Shown piece after piece: positions 24,144 through 24,145 of a stretch of 24,145 nucleotides of DNA. The stretch's first letter is position 1. Each line of letters opens with the position of its first letter. Source of the DNA: a virus. Lineage: Duplodnaviria > Caudoviricetes. The position numbers were made by a program, and so were the translations under genes. The stretch lies in the IMG/VR virus record IMGVR_UViG_3300044674_000217, positions 1 through 24,145 of that record. One strand, written 5' to 3'. The notes beneath the pieces were generated by a model. It was not told the origin of the DNA. It saw only the letters and a list, made by a program, of their open reading frames with translations, and searched no databases.

Positions 24144-24145
24144 CC

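Noticed and set aside
1-24145. CRISPR array, tRNA, intron/intein, IS element or stop-codon reassignment
   Set aside because: No regularly spaced repeats, cloverleaf, splicing motifs or transposase seen. Long genes are intact in the standard code and all three stops are used.

Overview
This 24 kb window is a fragment of a tailed-phage genome with a short-tailed (podovirus-type) virion module. The gene order and proteins resemble BPP-1/HTVC010P-like phages, and the host is probably a marine alphaproteobacterium (inference). There are two convergent blocks. The + strand (1-6443) is an early/middle block of small hypothetical genes, a DUF932 protein, zinc-finger proteins, five to six HTH proteins, an Hjc-like resolvase and a YqaJ exonuclease / Rad52-Sak annealase / SSB recombination module. 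The - strand (6501-24145) is a late block: truncated major capsid, tail tubular A and B, three internal virion proteins, a 1436-aa tail fibre, fibre-associated small proteins, four membrane proteins including a holin, and an M15 endolysin. I see no polymerase, primase, helicase, integrase, tRNA or CRISPR array. The most notable non-coding signals are three. (i) A 14-bp palindrome, CTGCA-N4-TGCAG, occurs three times, always intergenic and on promoter-like sequence, once directly before an apparently leaderless Cro-like gene. (ii) A degenerate 39-bp duplicate of the endolysin 3' end flanks a 28-bp 11-6-11 palindrome at the point where the two blocks converge. (iii) A chain of heavily overlapping regulatory ORFs lies at 2089-3471. 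All product calls come from motif recognition by eye; no database searches were run.
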